Shown here piece after piece: positions 29,729-39,545 of a stretch of 57,855 nucleotides of DNA. The stretch lies in contig JASLZZ010000130.1 of NCBI GenBank assembly GCA_030754595.1, forward strand, positions 1-57,855, given 5' to 3'. Source of the DNA: Nitrospinota bacterium. Lineage in GTDB: Bacteria; UBA8248. Position 1 is the first letter of the stretch; the number at the start of each line of letters is the position of its first letter. Under the pieces are notes generated by a model. It was not told the origin of the DNA. It did no database searches and worked only from the letters and a program-made list of their open reading frames with translations. A program made the translations under genes and the position numbers.

Positions 29729-29790
29729 GCGGGGGGATGAACATCGAGGAGTCCTGATCATCCCCGCCCGTTTCAGGAGGAGGTGTTTTC

Positions 29791-30687
29791 ATGGCCAACG
29801 AAGAACACCTCGCCATCCTTAAGCAGGGGGTGGAGGCCTGGAACAAATGGCGGGAGAAGAATCCGAATATCCATCCGGACCTCAGTTCGGCGAGGCTCAT
29901 CGACGCGAACCTCACTAACGCGAACCTCAACAAGGTAAGCCTCTTCAGGGCAGACCTTAGCAGATCGAACTTCACCGAGGCGGACCTCAACAGGGCGAAT
30001 CTCGGCGGGACGAACCTCAACGGGACGAACCTCGTCGGGGCGGACCTCAGCGGGGCGAACTTTTATGAAACCATTTTCGCCGATGTAGATTTGAGCGAGG
30101 TCAAGGGACTGGATAAATGTATACATCATGGCCCAAGCACGATTGACCACCGCACCCTGATGAAATCCGGCGAATTGCCCCTGGAATTTCTCCGGGGAGT
30201 GGGCCTGCCGGACGATTACATTCAATTTCTCGCATCCTTCCGGAACGAACCTTTTCAGTTTTATTCCTGCTTCATCAGCTATTCACACAAGGACGAAGAG
30301 ATCGCCAAACGATTGTATGATGCCCTTCAAGGCGAAGGCGTTCGCTGCTGGTTCGCGCCGGAGGACATGAAAATTGGGGACAAGACCCGCCGCCGGATCG
30401 ACGATTCGATCCGGGTGCACGACAAGCTTCTTCTAATCCTTTCGGAAAATTCGATTGCGAGTGACTGGGTGGAATACGAGGCCGAGCGGGCGCTGGATCA
30501 GGAGCGGAAGCGCGGCGGAACCGTACTGTTCCCCATTCGCCTCGATGACGCCATTACGAAAGTGGAAGGAGGCTGGGCGGATCATATCCGCGAACGCCAC
30601 ATTGGCGACTTCCACAACTGGAAAGACCACGACAGCTATCAGAAGGCTTTTGACCGGCTGATGCGGGATTTAAAGGCGGAAGAGTAG
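29791..30687 (+). CDS. Pentapeptide-repeat + TIR domain protein
   Basis: A(D/N)L pentapeptide repeats, then CFISYSHKD, RCWFAPED, SDWVEYE and LFPIRLDD (TIR_2-like); strong AGGAGG RBS. Confidence 0.88.
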   Translation: MANEEHLAILKQGVEAWNKWREKNPNIHPDLSSARLIDANLTNANLNKVSLFRADLSRSNFTEADLNRANLGGTNLNGTNLVGADLSGANFYETIFADVDLSEVKGLDKCIHHGPSTIDHRTLMKSGELPLEFLRGVGLPDDYIQFLASFRNEPFQFYSCFISYSHKDEEIAKRLYDALQGEGVRCWFAPEDMKIGDKTRRRIDDSIRVHDKLLLILSENSIASDWVEYEAERALDQERKRGGTVLFPIRLDDAITKVEGGWADHIRERHIGDFHNWKDHDSYQKAFDRLMRDLKAEE

Positions 30688-30748
30688 CACTCCTGCCCCG
30701 CCAGCACCCTGCCCCTTAAACCCTTTGAAAAACCAAAACACGCGAACA

Positions 30749-30826
30749 TGTCATTCCGAAGGAGCGGAGCGACTGAGGAATCTTCTGGTTTTACACGTAG
30801 ATTTCTCGCTGGCGCTCGAAATGACA
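30749..30826. repeat. REP/MITE-like palindromic element
   Basis: Terminal inverted repeats tgtcattccga ... tcgaaatgaca with internal ggagcggagcgactgaggaatct. Confidence 0.7.
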
Positions 30827-30876
30827 AATCTTTGCTTTTGATCCGGACTCATGAAAGCTAACTCCGGGACGCAACG

Positions 30877-31671
30877 CTAATTCATGTCCAAAAACCCCTT
30901 GATGTCGGCCATGGATTCGTCGAAACACTGGATCATGAAGAAGTGGCTGGCGCCTTCGTAGATTTTGATCTCGCAGCCCGGGACGCGCTCGGCGATCTGT
31001 CTGGCGGCCCCGACGGAGCAGAGGATGTCCTCCCCCCCGGCGAGGACGAGGGTGGGGCATTTGACCCGGTCAAGGCGATCGAGGGCGTCGTGCTCAAGGC
31101 AGGCGTGGGTAGAGTTGGTGTAGCCGTGAACCGGGCGGCCGGTGTCGCCGAGGCCTTCCTCGAAGCCGTCCATCTGCGCCTGGTTTTCGTTGAAGTAGAG
31201 CGGCGGAAAGAAGAAGAGGGACTGATGCCGGGCGGCGGCGGGGTAGCCCTGCGCCTTTACCACCTCGTTGATGTTGTGGAGGATCCGGTGGCCGTAGCGG
31301 TCGAGCTTGCCGAACGAGGCGGTGATGAGCATGCTCCGGACTCGGTCCGGGTAGTTGATGCCCATCTCCTGGGCGATGGCGCCGCCCATCGAGCGGCCGA
31401 TGACGTGGGCGGGCTCGGTGATGTCGAGGGCGTCCATTAATCCGACCGTATCGTCCGCGAAGTGGCGCGTGGTGTAGGGATAATCGGGTGCGGAACTCCG
31501 CCCGGCGCCCCGGTTGTCGAGCGCGATGATCTTGTAGCCGCTCTCCAGAACATTTATCTGGGGCGCCCAGGCGCCGCAGTCCCCGGCAAGGCCGTGGATA
31601 AGGACGACGGGCGGGCCCTCGCCGTGGATTTCGTAGTAAAGCTCGACATCGCCTACCGTCACCTGGGCCAC
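30877..31671 (-). CDS. Alpha/beta hydrolase (enol-lactonase/RutD-like)
   Basis: LIHGL, DNRGAGRS, GRSMGG, GGED and ASHF. Confidence 0.88.
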   Translation of the reverse strand: MAQVTVGDVELYYEIHGEGPPVVLIHGLAGDCGAWAPQINVLESGYKIIALDNRGAGRSSAPDYPYTTRHFADDTVGLMDALDITEPAHVIGRSMGGAIAQEMGINYPDRVRSMLITASFGKLDRYGHRILHNINEVVKAQGYPAAARHQSLFFFPPLYFNENQAQMDGFEEGLGDTGRPVHGYTNSTHACLEHDALDRLDRVKCPTLVLAGGEDILCSVGAARQIAERVPGCEIKIYEGASHFFMIQCFDESMADIKGFLDMN

Positions 31672-31845
31672 TGGGCTCTCCTTTATTTAGGATTAATTGG
31701 ACTACTGTATGGGTTTGACAGAGCTACAGTAAGCTATCATATTGTTTTCGATATTCTACCAATTATGTTCGCAAGTTTGCACGGCCCGCAGAGGCGATGG
31801 CGTATCCGCCGCCGCCTCTCGGCCCTTCATAAGGGGGATATTTCC

Positions 31846-33294
31846 ATGAGCAAATCCAAAATCACCAGAAGAAAGTTCATCAAGGGCGCGGCGACGACGG
31901 CCATCGCGGCCCCGATTGCGCTCCGCCAAGGGGGGGTCGCCGAGGCTGGCGCGGAGGAGGACCGGATCGTCAAGGCCGCCAAGAAGGTGGGGCCCGCCGC
32001 CCTGAACGGTATGATGTGGTCGCTCTATTGGCGAAACTATCCGGGCCTCAACAAGGAGTTCAAGGGCAAGGCCGGCATCTACATGGAAAAGGTGAACGAC
32101 GTGCCGAACCTGCTCATCCCGCAGCGGGCGATGGCCGAGGCGATCAGCCGGTCGGGCAAGTTCGACTTTTTCCACGTCGAGTCGATGATGATTCCTTCGC
32201 TCGTCGCGGCGGGGCTCGCCGAGCCTCTCGACGGGTATATGAAGGACGCGGGCTTCAAGCTCAAAATGGTCGGGAACTTCAAGAAATTCATGACCTACAA
32301 GGGCAAGACCTACGCCATGCCCACGGACGGGAACGTGTGTCCCCAGTTGATCCGGAAGGACCTGTTCGAGAACCCCGACGAGCGCAAGGCCTTCGCCGAC
32401 AAGCACGGCAAGCCCATGAAATGGCCCGTGACGTTCGAGGACGAAGTCGAGCTGTGCAAGCACTTCCACCGGCCCGACAAGGACCTCTACGGCTCCGGAA
32501 GCCTGCGCGACAAGGCGAACAGCAGCTTCTGGTACTGGCAGTACCTCTACGCCGCCGGCGGGTTCCCCTTTACCGACGACGCCGAACCCACGCTGAACAC
32601 CCCGGCCGCCCAGTACGCCATGGACACCTACCTGTCCTACAAGCAGGTCTCCCACCCCGAGGCCGCGGCCTGGGGCTCTCCCCAGATGATCCCCCGGCTC
32701 GTGGGCGGAAAGATATTCTCGTGCCAGTACTGGGACGGAATCATCGGGAAAATCGAGGCCGGAAAGTTCCCGACGACGGGCAAGATGCTCTACGACATGC
32801 CGGTGGGCTCCCGGTTCTCGGGCAAGCTCATTCACCGCGCCTTCTCCGCGCCGGTGATGGGCATCATCGTGAACAAGCTCAGCCCGCGGAAAAAGCAGGC
32901 CGCCATGTGGGCCCTTTACATGTCCACGGCGAAGAACAGCACCGAGGTCGTCGGGCACCCGACGATGACCTTCCACGATCCCTGGCATCCGGCCCACTTC
33001 GAGAAAGGCAACAAAACGGCCAAGGTTTACACCGCCGCGGGGATGAAAGCCGTCAACCGGTCTCTCCTGATCACCTGCCCGCCGCCGTATGTGACCGGCT
33101 ACCCGGAGTTCAAGGAAGCCATTGACCAGAATCTTTCGGAAGCCTATGCCGGCCGGAAGACAGGCAAGCAAGCCATGAAGGATACGCAGGAAAAGTGGGC
33201 GAAGATCGTCCGCAAGGTCGGCAAGCGGAGGCTCAAGAAAGAGATTCCCTTCTACAAGGCGATGATGCCTTCGATGGACATCCCGCCCGCATAA
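31846..33294 (+). CDS. Tat-exported carbohydrate-type (CUT1) ABC substrate-binding protein
   Basis: ITRRKFIKG twin-arginine signal; YKGKTYAMPTDG..IRKDLF; first gene of the ABC operon. Confidence 0.85.
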   Translation: MSKSKITRRKFIKGAATTAIAAPIALRQGGVAEAGAEEDRIVKAAKKVGPAALNGMMWSLYWRNYPGLNKEFKGKAGIYMEKVNDVPNLLIPQRAMAEAISRSGKFDFFHVESMMIPSLVAAGLAEPLDGYMKDAGFKLKMVGNFKKFMTYKGKTYAMPTDGNVCPQLIRKDLFENPDERKAFADKHGKPMKWPVTFEDEVELCKHFHRPDKDLYGSGSLRDKANSSFWYWQYLYAAGGFPFTDDAEPTLNTPAAQYAMDTYLSYKQVSHPEAAAWGSPQMIPRLVGGKIFSCQYWDGIIGKIEAGKFPTTGKMLYDMPVGSRFSGKLIHRAFSAPVMGIIVNKLSPRKKQAAMWALYMSTAKNSTEVVGHPTMTFHDPWHPAHFEKGNKTAKVYTAAGMKAVNRSLLITCPPPYVTGYPEFKEAIDQNLSEAYAGRKTGKQAMKDTQEKWAKIVRKVGKRRLKKEIPFYKAMMPSMDIPPA

Positions 33295-33409
33295 GGCGGA
33301 AAGGGGCGTTCGGCCCCTCATTCGAGCGTTTCACCTGCCGGGGCGGGTCAAGCCGGCCCGCCCCGGCATGAAATAACGCGGAACACTATCTTTCAGAGTT
33401 CGCTTTCCA

Positions 33410-34399
33410 ATGCAGGAGCGCGGGAGGTCCACCTTGGCCACCGAAGCGGCGATTAAAATCGGGGAGCAGGCGACCTCCCGGACACACGGGATCAAGATGT
33501 TCAAATGGTCCCTGCTTTCCCCGTTGATTGTCCTGGCATTGTTCCTGATGCCCATTTTCTTGCTGCAGATCTATTTTTCGCTCCACTCCTGGACGATTTA
33601 CCTCTCCACTTGGTGGGCTGCTGAATACGTCGGTCTCGAGATGTTCCAGGACGTTTTGACGGACAAACGCTTCTACTGGGCCCTCGCGCGTTCGTTCCTT
33701 TTCGCGGGAGTCTCGACGGTGGGCTGCTTCGTCTTCGGCTTCGCTCTGGCCCTCCTGATGTACCGGCCGTTCAGGGGGCAGGCGTTTTTCTATATTCTCT
33801 TTCTTCTCCCCATGCTCACGGTGCCGATCGTACTCACCTACGCGGCCGACATGCTCTTGTACCGTCAGGGCCCGATCAACGGGATTCTGAGCTTCATAAC
33901 GGGGCTGGACATGAGATTTACATGGCTCGCGAATCCGAACTACGCCATATACACGATCATATTGCTCGAAATCTGGAACTGGACCCCCTTCGCCTTCATC
34001 ATCATGCTGGCGGGGCTCTCCTCCCTTCCCTATGAGCCCGTGGAAGCCGCCAGGATCCTCGGCGCGAACCGCTTTCAAATCTTCTGGGAGATACAGGTCC
34101 CGCTTCTGCGGCCGGTGATATTTCTGGCGCTTATTCTGAGGTTCCTCGAAGCGATGGCGGAGTTCCCGAAAACCTGGGGCCTCCTTCAGGGCGGCCCGGG
34201 GTCGGCCACGGAGACGATACCCATCTATCTATACATCGTGACCTGGCAGGCCTTCGATGTGTCCAAGGGCGCGGCGATGTCCTACATCATCATGGTGATC
34301 ATGATCGTGATAATCCTCGCCGCGATACGAATCCTTCGCCGGGAGAAAAGCGCGCTCGACGCCCTTTATCAGGCGCCGGCGCCGGGAGAAGGAGAATGA
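33410..34399 (+). CDS. Carbohydrate ABC transporter permease
   Basis: IWNWTPF..LAGL..EPVEAARILGA EAA loop; GGPGSATET. Start uncertain. Confidence 0.88.
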   Translation: MQERGRSTLATEAAIKIGEQATSRTHGIKMFKWSLLSPLIVLALFLMPIFLLQIYFSLHSWTIYLSTWWAAEYVGLEMFQDVLTDKRFYWALARSFLFAGVSTVGCFVFGFALALLMYRPFRGQAFFYILFLLPMLTVPIVLTYAADMLLYRQGPINGILSFITGLDMRFTWLANPNYAIYTIILLEIWNWTPFAFIIMLAGLSSLPYEPVEAARILGANRFQIFWEIQVPLLRPVIFLALILRFLEAMAEFPKTWGLLQGGPGSATETIPIYLYIVTWQAFDVSKGAAMSYIIMVIMIVIILAAIRILRREKSALDALYQAPAPGEGE

Positions 34400-35304
34400 A
34401 ACGAATTCTGAAAAAATGGCGGTTCCCGGCGTTTCGCTATACCGCTCTGATTGCCTGGGCGCTGATCGCCACGTTTCCCATCTTCTGGATCGTCTCGACC
34501 TCGTTCAAGCCCGACCACGAGTGGTTCGCCTGGCCGCCGGTCTATTGGTCCGAAAACGCCACCATGAACAACTACAACATGGTTTGGGGCAACCCCACGA
34601 CGGAAAAAGAGCTCACCCAGAGCTACACGTCGGGCAAAGCGGTGAAGCTCGAGTCCGTCCCCCTGAACAAGGCCTGGGTGGCCTTGCGGACCAGCCTGAT
34701 GACATCCCTGATCGCCACCGCCTTCTCGGTCGCCTTCGGCACCCTTCTAGCGTACGGGGTGTCCCGGTACCGGATATTGTCGGACGTGCGGATGTTCCAG
34801 CTTCTGGTCCTGAGAATGATACCGCCCATCGTCGTCGCGGCCCCCCTCACATTGTACTACTCGACGATCCATCTCATGGACAGTATCACCGGCCTTGTCA
34901 TCGTCTACTTCATCACGACGCTGCCCTACGCCGTCTGGATGACGAAAAGTTTTATCGACGAGGTTCCCCTCGAGATGGAGCAGGCGGCCGAGATACTGGG
35001 AGCGAGCCGCTGGCAGACGATCTGGGAGGTCGTTCTGCCCCTCGTCCGCTCCGGTATCGTGGCGACCTTTCTCTTTATTCTCATTTTGACCTGGAGCGAG
35101 TACCTGCTCTCCTTCATTCTCTCGAAGGTGGACGTGGTGACGCTGCCGGTCCAGCTCAGCAAATACGAGGGATCGACCGAGGGCCGCGTCTACGGCCATC
35201 AGGCGGCACTGGCGGTAGGAATCACGCTCCCGCTGATGATCATCGGAATATTCATTCGCAAACACCTGGTCCGGGGATTCAGTTTCGGAATGGTGAAGAG
35301 GTAA
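34396..35304 (+). CDS. Carbohydrate ABC transporter permease
   Basis: FPIFWIVSTSFK, LPYAVW..FIDEVP.EMEQAA and KHLVRG. Confidence 0.88.
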   Translation: MKRILKKWRFPAFRYTALIAWALIATFPIFWIVSTSFKPDHEWFAWPPVYWSENATMNNYNMVWGNPTTEKELTQSYTSGKAVKLESVPLNKAWVALRTSLMTSLIATAFSVAFGTLLAYGVSRYRILSDVRMFQLLVLRMIPPIVVAAPLTLYYSTIHLMDSITGLVIVYFITTLPYAVWMTKSFIDEVPLEMEQAAEILGASRWQTIWEVVLPLVRSGIVATFLFILILTWSEYLLSFILSKVDVVTLPVQLSKYEGSTEGRVYGHQAALAVGITLPLMIIGIFIRKHLVRGFSFGMVKR

Positions 35305-35310
35305 TCGACC

Positions 35311-36408
35311 GTGGCTCATATCGAACTCAAGGGACTCAGAAAAGTTTTCGGCAAGAACATCGAGGCGGTGAAGAACATCGACCTCTCGATCGAGGACGGC
35401 GAGTTTCTCGTCCTCGTCGGCCCATCGGGCTGCGGGAAGACGACGACCCTCCGCATGATCGCGGGCTTCGAGGAGCCCACCGCGGGCGAGATCGTCATCG
35501 ACGGCAACGTGGTCAACGACATGGAGCCGAGCCAGCGCAACCTCGGCATGGTTTTTCAGAACCACGCCCTGTTCCCGCATAAAACCATTTTCCAGAACAT
35601 CGAGTTCGGCCCGCGCATGAAAAAAATCGACCCCGGAACGCGGAAACGGCGCGTTGCCGAAGTGGCCGAGATGGTCCGGATCACGGACCTCCTCGACAAG
35701 CTGCCGGGCCAGTGCTCGGGCGGCGAGGCCCAGCGCGTCGCCCTCGCCAGGACGCTTATCACCGACCCTTCAATCTTCCTGCTCGACGAGCCCCTCTCGA
35801 GCCTGGACGCCAAGCTGCGCCGCGAGATGCGGGCCGAGATCGACCGCCTCCACCAGGAACTGAAAAAATCGTTCGTTTACGTGACCCACGATCAGGAAGA
35901 GGCGATGACCCTCGCCGACCGGATCGTCGTCATGCGGGGCGGCCTCATCGAGCAGGTGGGAAGCCCCTTGGAGATATACGGCGACCCGGTGAGTTATTTC
36001 GTCGCGGATTTCTTCGGCAGCCCGTCGATGAATCTCATCGCGGGGAACGTTCAAAAAGCCGGCGGCGCCCCCTCTTTCGAGGGCGCGGGGATATCCGTAA
36101 ATCTCTCGAACGGGTTCTCGGGGATCGCGGAGGGGGCCTACACCCTGGGGGTGCGGCCCGAGCATCTCGAGGTATCGCCCATCGGCTCCGGGGGAGACTC
36201 CGTCGCTCTTCAGTGCGATATCGGCCTGGTGGAGCCCCTCGGGAAAGACACCCTGCTCTATTTCGACCACGGCGCCGAGCGCCCCACCATCGCCGTCGTC
36301 GATGGGTCGGAGGGCGGCCACAAGGCCGGAAACCGTGTGGGGCTCACGATTCCCTCCGGCGCCCTCTACCTCTTCGGCCCGGACGGACGGCGCGTGCGCT
36401 CCGCCTAG
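35311..36408 (+). CDS. Carbohydrate ABC transporter ATP-binding protein (MalK-like)
   Basis: GPSGCGKTT, CSGGEAQR, YVTHDQEEA and a TOBE-like tail. Confidence 0.92.
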   Translation: MAHIELKGLRKVFGKNIEAVKNIDLSIEDGEFLVLVGPSGCGKTTTLRMIAGFEEPTAGEIVIDGNVVNDMEPSQRNLGMVFQNHALFPHKTIFQNIEFGPRMKKIDPGTRKRRVAEVAEMVRITDLLDKLPGQCSGGEAQRVALARTLITDPSIFLLDEPLSSLDAKLRREMRAEIDRLHQELKKSFVYVTHDQEEAMTLADRIVVMRGGLIEQVGSPLEIYGDPVSYFVADFFGSPSMNLIAGNVQKAGGAPSFEGAGISVNLSNGFSGIAEGAYTLGVRPEHLEVSPIGSGGDSVALQCDIGLVEPLGKDTLLYFDHGAERPTIAVVDGSEGGHKAGNRVGLTIPSGALYLFGPDGRRVRSA

Positions 36409-36457
36409 AGGCATCGCCTCCTAGAGGATAAAAACACCAATAAAAAATATTCGCCGG

Positions 36458-36495
36458 AAAAAAAAGCGGGCCCCAGGGTGGGGCCCGCTTTTTTT
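36458..36495. terminator. Bidirectional intrinsic terminator
   Basis: A8-gcgggcccc-loop-ggggcccgc-T7 between convergent genes. Confidence 0.88.
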
Positions 36496-36508
36496 GCCTA
36501 AAGATGCG

Positions 36509-37744
36509 TCAGACCGTGCAGCGAAGAATGTGGAGCCCGTGGTTTTTGTCGGTGACGTACATGTATCCGCGGCGATCCACCAGGACATCCTCGCTCTGGG
36601 TCACCAGCGTTTTCGGCAGCATGCCCAGCCGCTCGGTCGGGTCGGCGGGGATGTAGTGGGCGATCTCGGTGGGCCGCACAGGGTCGGCCAGATCGTATAT
36701 CCGCAGCCCCGCGTTGAAGTAGGTGAGGTAGATGCGGTCCTCGCGCTGCTCGAGGCAATCGAGCCCCTGGGAATGGTGCTGATTGTGGGGGCCGAAGCGC
36801 CCGCCGCGCTCGCAGAAGTTTTTATGGGTGTATCCCTCCGGCGGATCGGGAACCGGAAACAGGCTCATCACGCGGGGATTTTTCTCATCCTTGATGTCGA
36901 TCACCGCGGTGTAGTTGAGCGGCTCGTCGCAGTTTTCCCTCAGGGCCTCGCTGTTCGCGATGGCGATGTTCCGGCTCAGGTAGGGATAGACGGTGTGGAC
37001 CGCGAGGTTGCTCCCCAGCGGGGGATGGACGTTGAGGCGGCTGACCATCTTGGGCGAGGAGAGGTCCTCGATGTCGAGGATGATCATCCCCGCCCCGGCG
37101 TAGGGGAGATAGACCCGGCCCGCCTCGGCGTGGGCGGGGCCGTGCTGGAAGGCCATCGACCGCTCGCCGCTCATGTCGCTCTCCCCGCCCGCCTCCTGCT
37201 CGGGGAGCGCCCAGCGGCCCGCCTCCACGGGGTTGGCGGGGTCTTTGAGATCCAAAACCCGGTAAATGCGGCCCTTGTAGCCGGGCGCGGCGGCCGAGAG
37301 ATGCGCGTAGCGGCCCCCGTTATAAAAATTCCGGTGGGTGCCGTCGGCGCCCGTCTCCCAGTGGGCGATTCGCCGGGGAGAGGCGGGGTCGGCCGCCACA
37401 TCCCAGATATAGACGCCCTCGCCCTCGGGCGGATCGTCGGACATGGGTCCCCAGCCGGGGGGGATTTTTTCCATCGAGGTGATCAAAAGGCCATCGGCCA
37501 CCTGTACCTGGAGGGTCCAGGTGTTGCCGGGCCCCTCGATCCAGGACTTATGCTCCGGGGCCTCGGGGTCGGTCACGTCGAGGACGGTCCAGCCGCTCTG
37601 CCAGAAGGTGGAAAGATAAAGATAAAAGCGCCCGCCGGCCTCCTGCAGGGCTATCTTGAAGGCCGGGCGGTTCTCCAGGTCGTGGTAGCCCACGAGTTCG
37701 ATGTTTTCCGCCGAGATCGCGGCGGGCGCGTTCGATACCGTCAT
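36509..37744 (-). CDS. LVIVD-repeat (beta-propeller) protein
   Basis: Repeated xxxD(V/I/L)xDPxxP units (VLDVTDPEAP, VLDLKDPANP, IYDLADPVRP); GPHNQH; YFNAGLRIYD. Confidence 0.8.
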   Translation of the reverse strand: MTVSNAPAAISAENIELVGYHDLENRPAFKIALQEAGGRFYLYLSTFWQSGWTVLDVTDPEAPEHKSWIEGPGNTWTLQVQVADGLLITSMEKIPPGWGPMSDDPPEGEGVYIWDVAADPASPRRIAHWETGADGTHRNFYNGGRYAHLSAAAPGYKGRIYRVLDLKDPANPVEAGRWALPEQEAGGESDMSGERSMAFQHGPAHAEAGRVYLPYAGAGMIILDIEDLSSPKMVSRLNVHPPLGSNLAVHTVYPYLSRNIAIANSEALRENCDEPLNYTAVIDIKDEKNPRVMSLFPVPDPPEGYTHKNFCERGGRFGPHNQHHSQGLDCLEQREDRIYLTYFNAGLRIYDLADPVRPTEIAHYIPADPTERLGMLPKTLVTQSEDVLVDRRGYMYVTDKNHGLHILRCTV

Positions 37745-37822
37745 CTCATCTCCATCCTTTTTATTAGATTAGGGAAAGAGTTCTCCTGTCTCAGGCTCGG
37801 CCTGTCCCAGGCTCGGCCTGTC

Positions 37823-39013
37823 TCAGGAAACGGCAGAGCCCTCGGGCTCCTCGTCCACCGGGTCGTCGAGATTGACCCGCTTTTTCTGGGTGGGGGCGTA
37901 GCCGCCCGTCTTCATCCTGGAGGCCGCCTCGAGACTTTCCCCGAGCGACTCGGGAACCCCGGCCGGATACACCTCATCCGGGCAGCGGCTGTCGGTCATG
38001 TAGGTGCACGGGCGGCACCTGACGCAGCGGACGATCTCCTCCCCCCGGTCCGCCATGGCCTTCGAGGCGTAGTCCGGGTCGGCGAGCATCGCCCGCCCGA
38101 CGGCCACGATGTCGGCTCCGATATCCATATAGGCCTCGACCCGCCCCGGGTCGAAGCTGGCGCCGTTGGCGATGAGGGCGAGCCCCGTTTTATTCCCGAG
38201 CCGCTCGAAGGCCGGGTTATAGAATTCCGGCTCGACGGGCACCCCGTTTCGCGCGTTGCGCGAACAGTGAATGAGGTCAATATCGGCCTCCTCGAGCCCG
38301 GCCGCGAGAGCGAGCGTGTCCTCGACGGTGAAGCCGCCCTCCCAGGGCTCGAGCAGACAAGTCCGGTAGCTGATGACCATCTCATCGCCCGCGCCCTCGC
38401 GCACGGCGCGGGCCACCTCGAGCGGAAAGCGCATCCGGTTCTCGAGGCTGCCGCCCCACTCGTCCGTCCTCCGGTTCGAGACGGGCGAGAAAAACTGCTG
38501 GATCAGATACCAGGTCCCTCCGTGAATCTCGAGCATCTTTATCCCCGCCTCGCTGACTCGGCGCGCCGCCTCCCCGAAGGCGCGGACGGTCTCCTTCACC
38601 TCGCGGGTCGATAGCTCGCGGGGCATCTCGTCGCTCACGGGGTGTTTGATCGGCGAGGGCGCGGCGATGGGCATCCCCGTCACCGCGCTCAGGGCGGTGC
38701 GCCCGGCGTGGAATATCTGGGCCGCAAGGTGCGTCCCGGCGGCCTCCACCTCCCCGGCCAACCGCTTCAGGCCGGGAATCAGCGCGTCGTCATGGGAGCC
38801 CAGCTGGCAGGGAAACCCCTTGCCCTCCCGGTTGACGTAGGTGGCCTCGGTAAAACAGATCGCTGCCCCGCCCCTCGCCCGGGCGGTGTAGTGGGCGCGG
38901 CTCCACTCCGACGCGGCTCCGTCGTCCTCGGCGCGGGACGAAGTCATCGCCGACATCGCGATGCGGTGCTTGATCCGAAGGCCCCTGATCTCGATTGGCT
39001 CTTTGAATTTCAC
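37823..39013 (-). CDS. NADH:flavin oxidoreductase (Old Yellow Enzyme family) with C-terminal Cys cluster
   Basis: RIAMSAM, AQIFHAGR, NRRTDEWGGSLENRMRF, VGRAMLADP and CVRCRPC..C. Confidence 0.85.
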   Translation of the reverse strand: MKFKEPIEIRGLRIKHRIAMSAMTSSRAEDDGAASEWSRAHYTARARGGAAICFTEATYVNREGKGFPCQLGSHDDALIPGLKRLAGEVEAAGTHLAAQIFHAGRTALSAVTGMPIAAPSPIKHPVSDEMPRELSTREVKETVRAFGEAARRVSEAGIKMLEIHGGTWYLIQQFFSPVSNRRTDEWGGSLENRMRFPLEVARAVREGAGDEMVISYRTCLLEPWEGGFTVEDTLALAAGLEEADIDLIHCSRNARNGVPVEPEFYNPAFERLGNKTGLALIANGASFDPGRVEAYMDIGADIVAVGRAMLADPDYASKAMADRGEEIVRCVRCRPCTYMTDSRCPDEVYPAGVPESLGESLEAASRMKTGGYAPTQKKRVNLDDPVDEEPEGSAVS

Positions 39014-39044
39014 GCGCCGCCCCCCCCTCGATTCACACAAGGGT

Positions 39045-39434
39045 TCATCTTCCGGCGAGGCGCTCTTTCACTTCGTCCGCGTCCGCCGCCCTGTTGTAGT
39101 CCCCTTCCATGTGGCCGTCCCCGACCGGGCTCTTGACGTGAAAAAAGACCGCCGGCCCTTCGAGGACATGGATGCCGTGCCGCGTGTTCCGGGGGATGTG
39201 CACCAGATCGCCCTTCCCGACGACGCGCACCTCCTCGCCGAGGATCATGTTGAATTTTCCTTCGGGCATGAGAATGAACTGCTCTTCGTTGGGATGAAAA
39301 TGGGGTGGAGGTCCGCCGTCCACCTGATAGGTGATCATCGCCGCCTTCATCAACTCGCCGGCCGTCGTCTGCACCGCTCCGTCGCCCAGCGCCGTGGCTA
39401 TCGTCTCCATCTCCGAAATCTTGCAAAAAGGCAT
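39045..39434 (-). CDS. Cupin domain protein
   Basis: PHFHPNEEQF and HIPRNTRHG. Confidence 0.85.
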   Translation of the reverse strand: MPFCKISEMETIATALGDGAVQTTAGELMKAAMITYQVDGGPPPHFHPNEEQFILMPEGKFNMILGEEVRVVGKGDLVHIPRNTRHGIHVLEGPAVFFHVKSPVGDGHMEGDYNRAADADEVKERLAGR

Positions 39435-39545
39435 CGCTTCGCCTCCCTTGGATTGGTTCGCATAAAGAATAAAAAATCCTGCTGTGGCTCGCCGCTTCGT
39501 GGAGATTCGCCGCTCCACAGGGCACGCCCCCCGCAGGGGTCGCCG

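Noticed and set aside
36494..38614. 706-aa plus-strand ORF and similar long antisense ORFs (8284-9732, 31756-33321, 38961-40478)
   Set aside because: These are shadow ORFs opposite well-supported genes in high-GC DNA and carry no family motifs.
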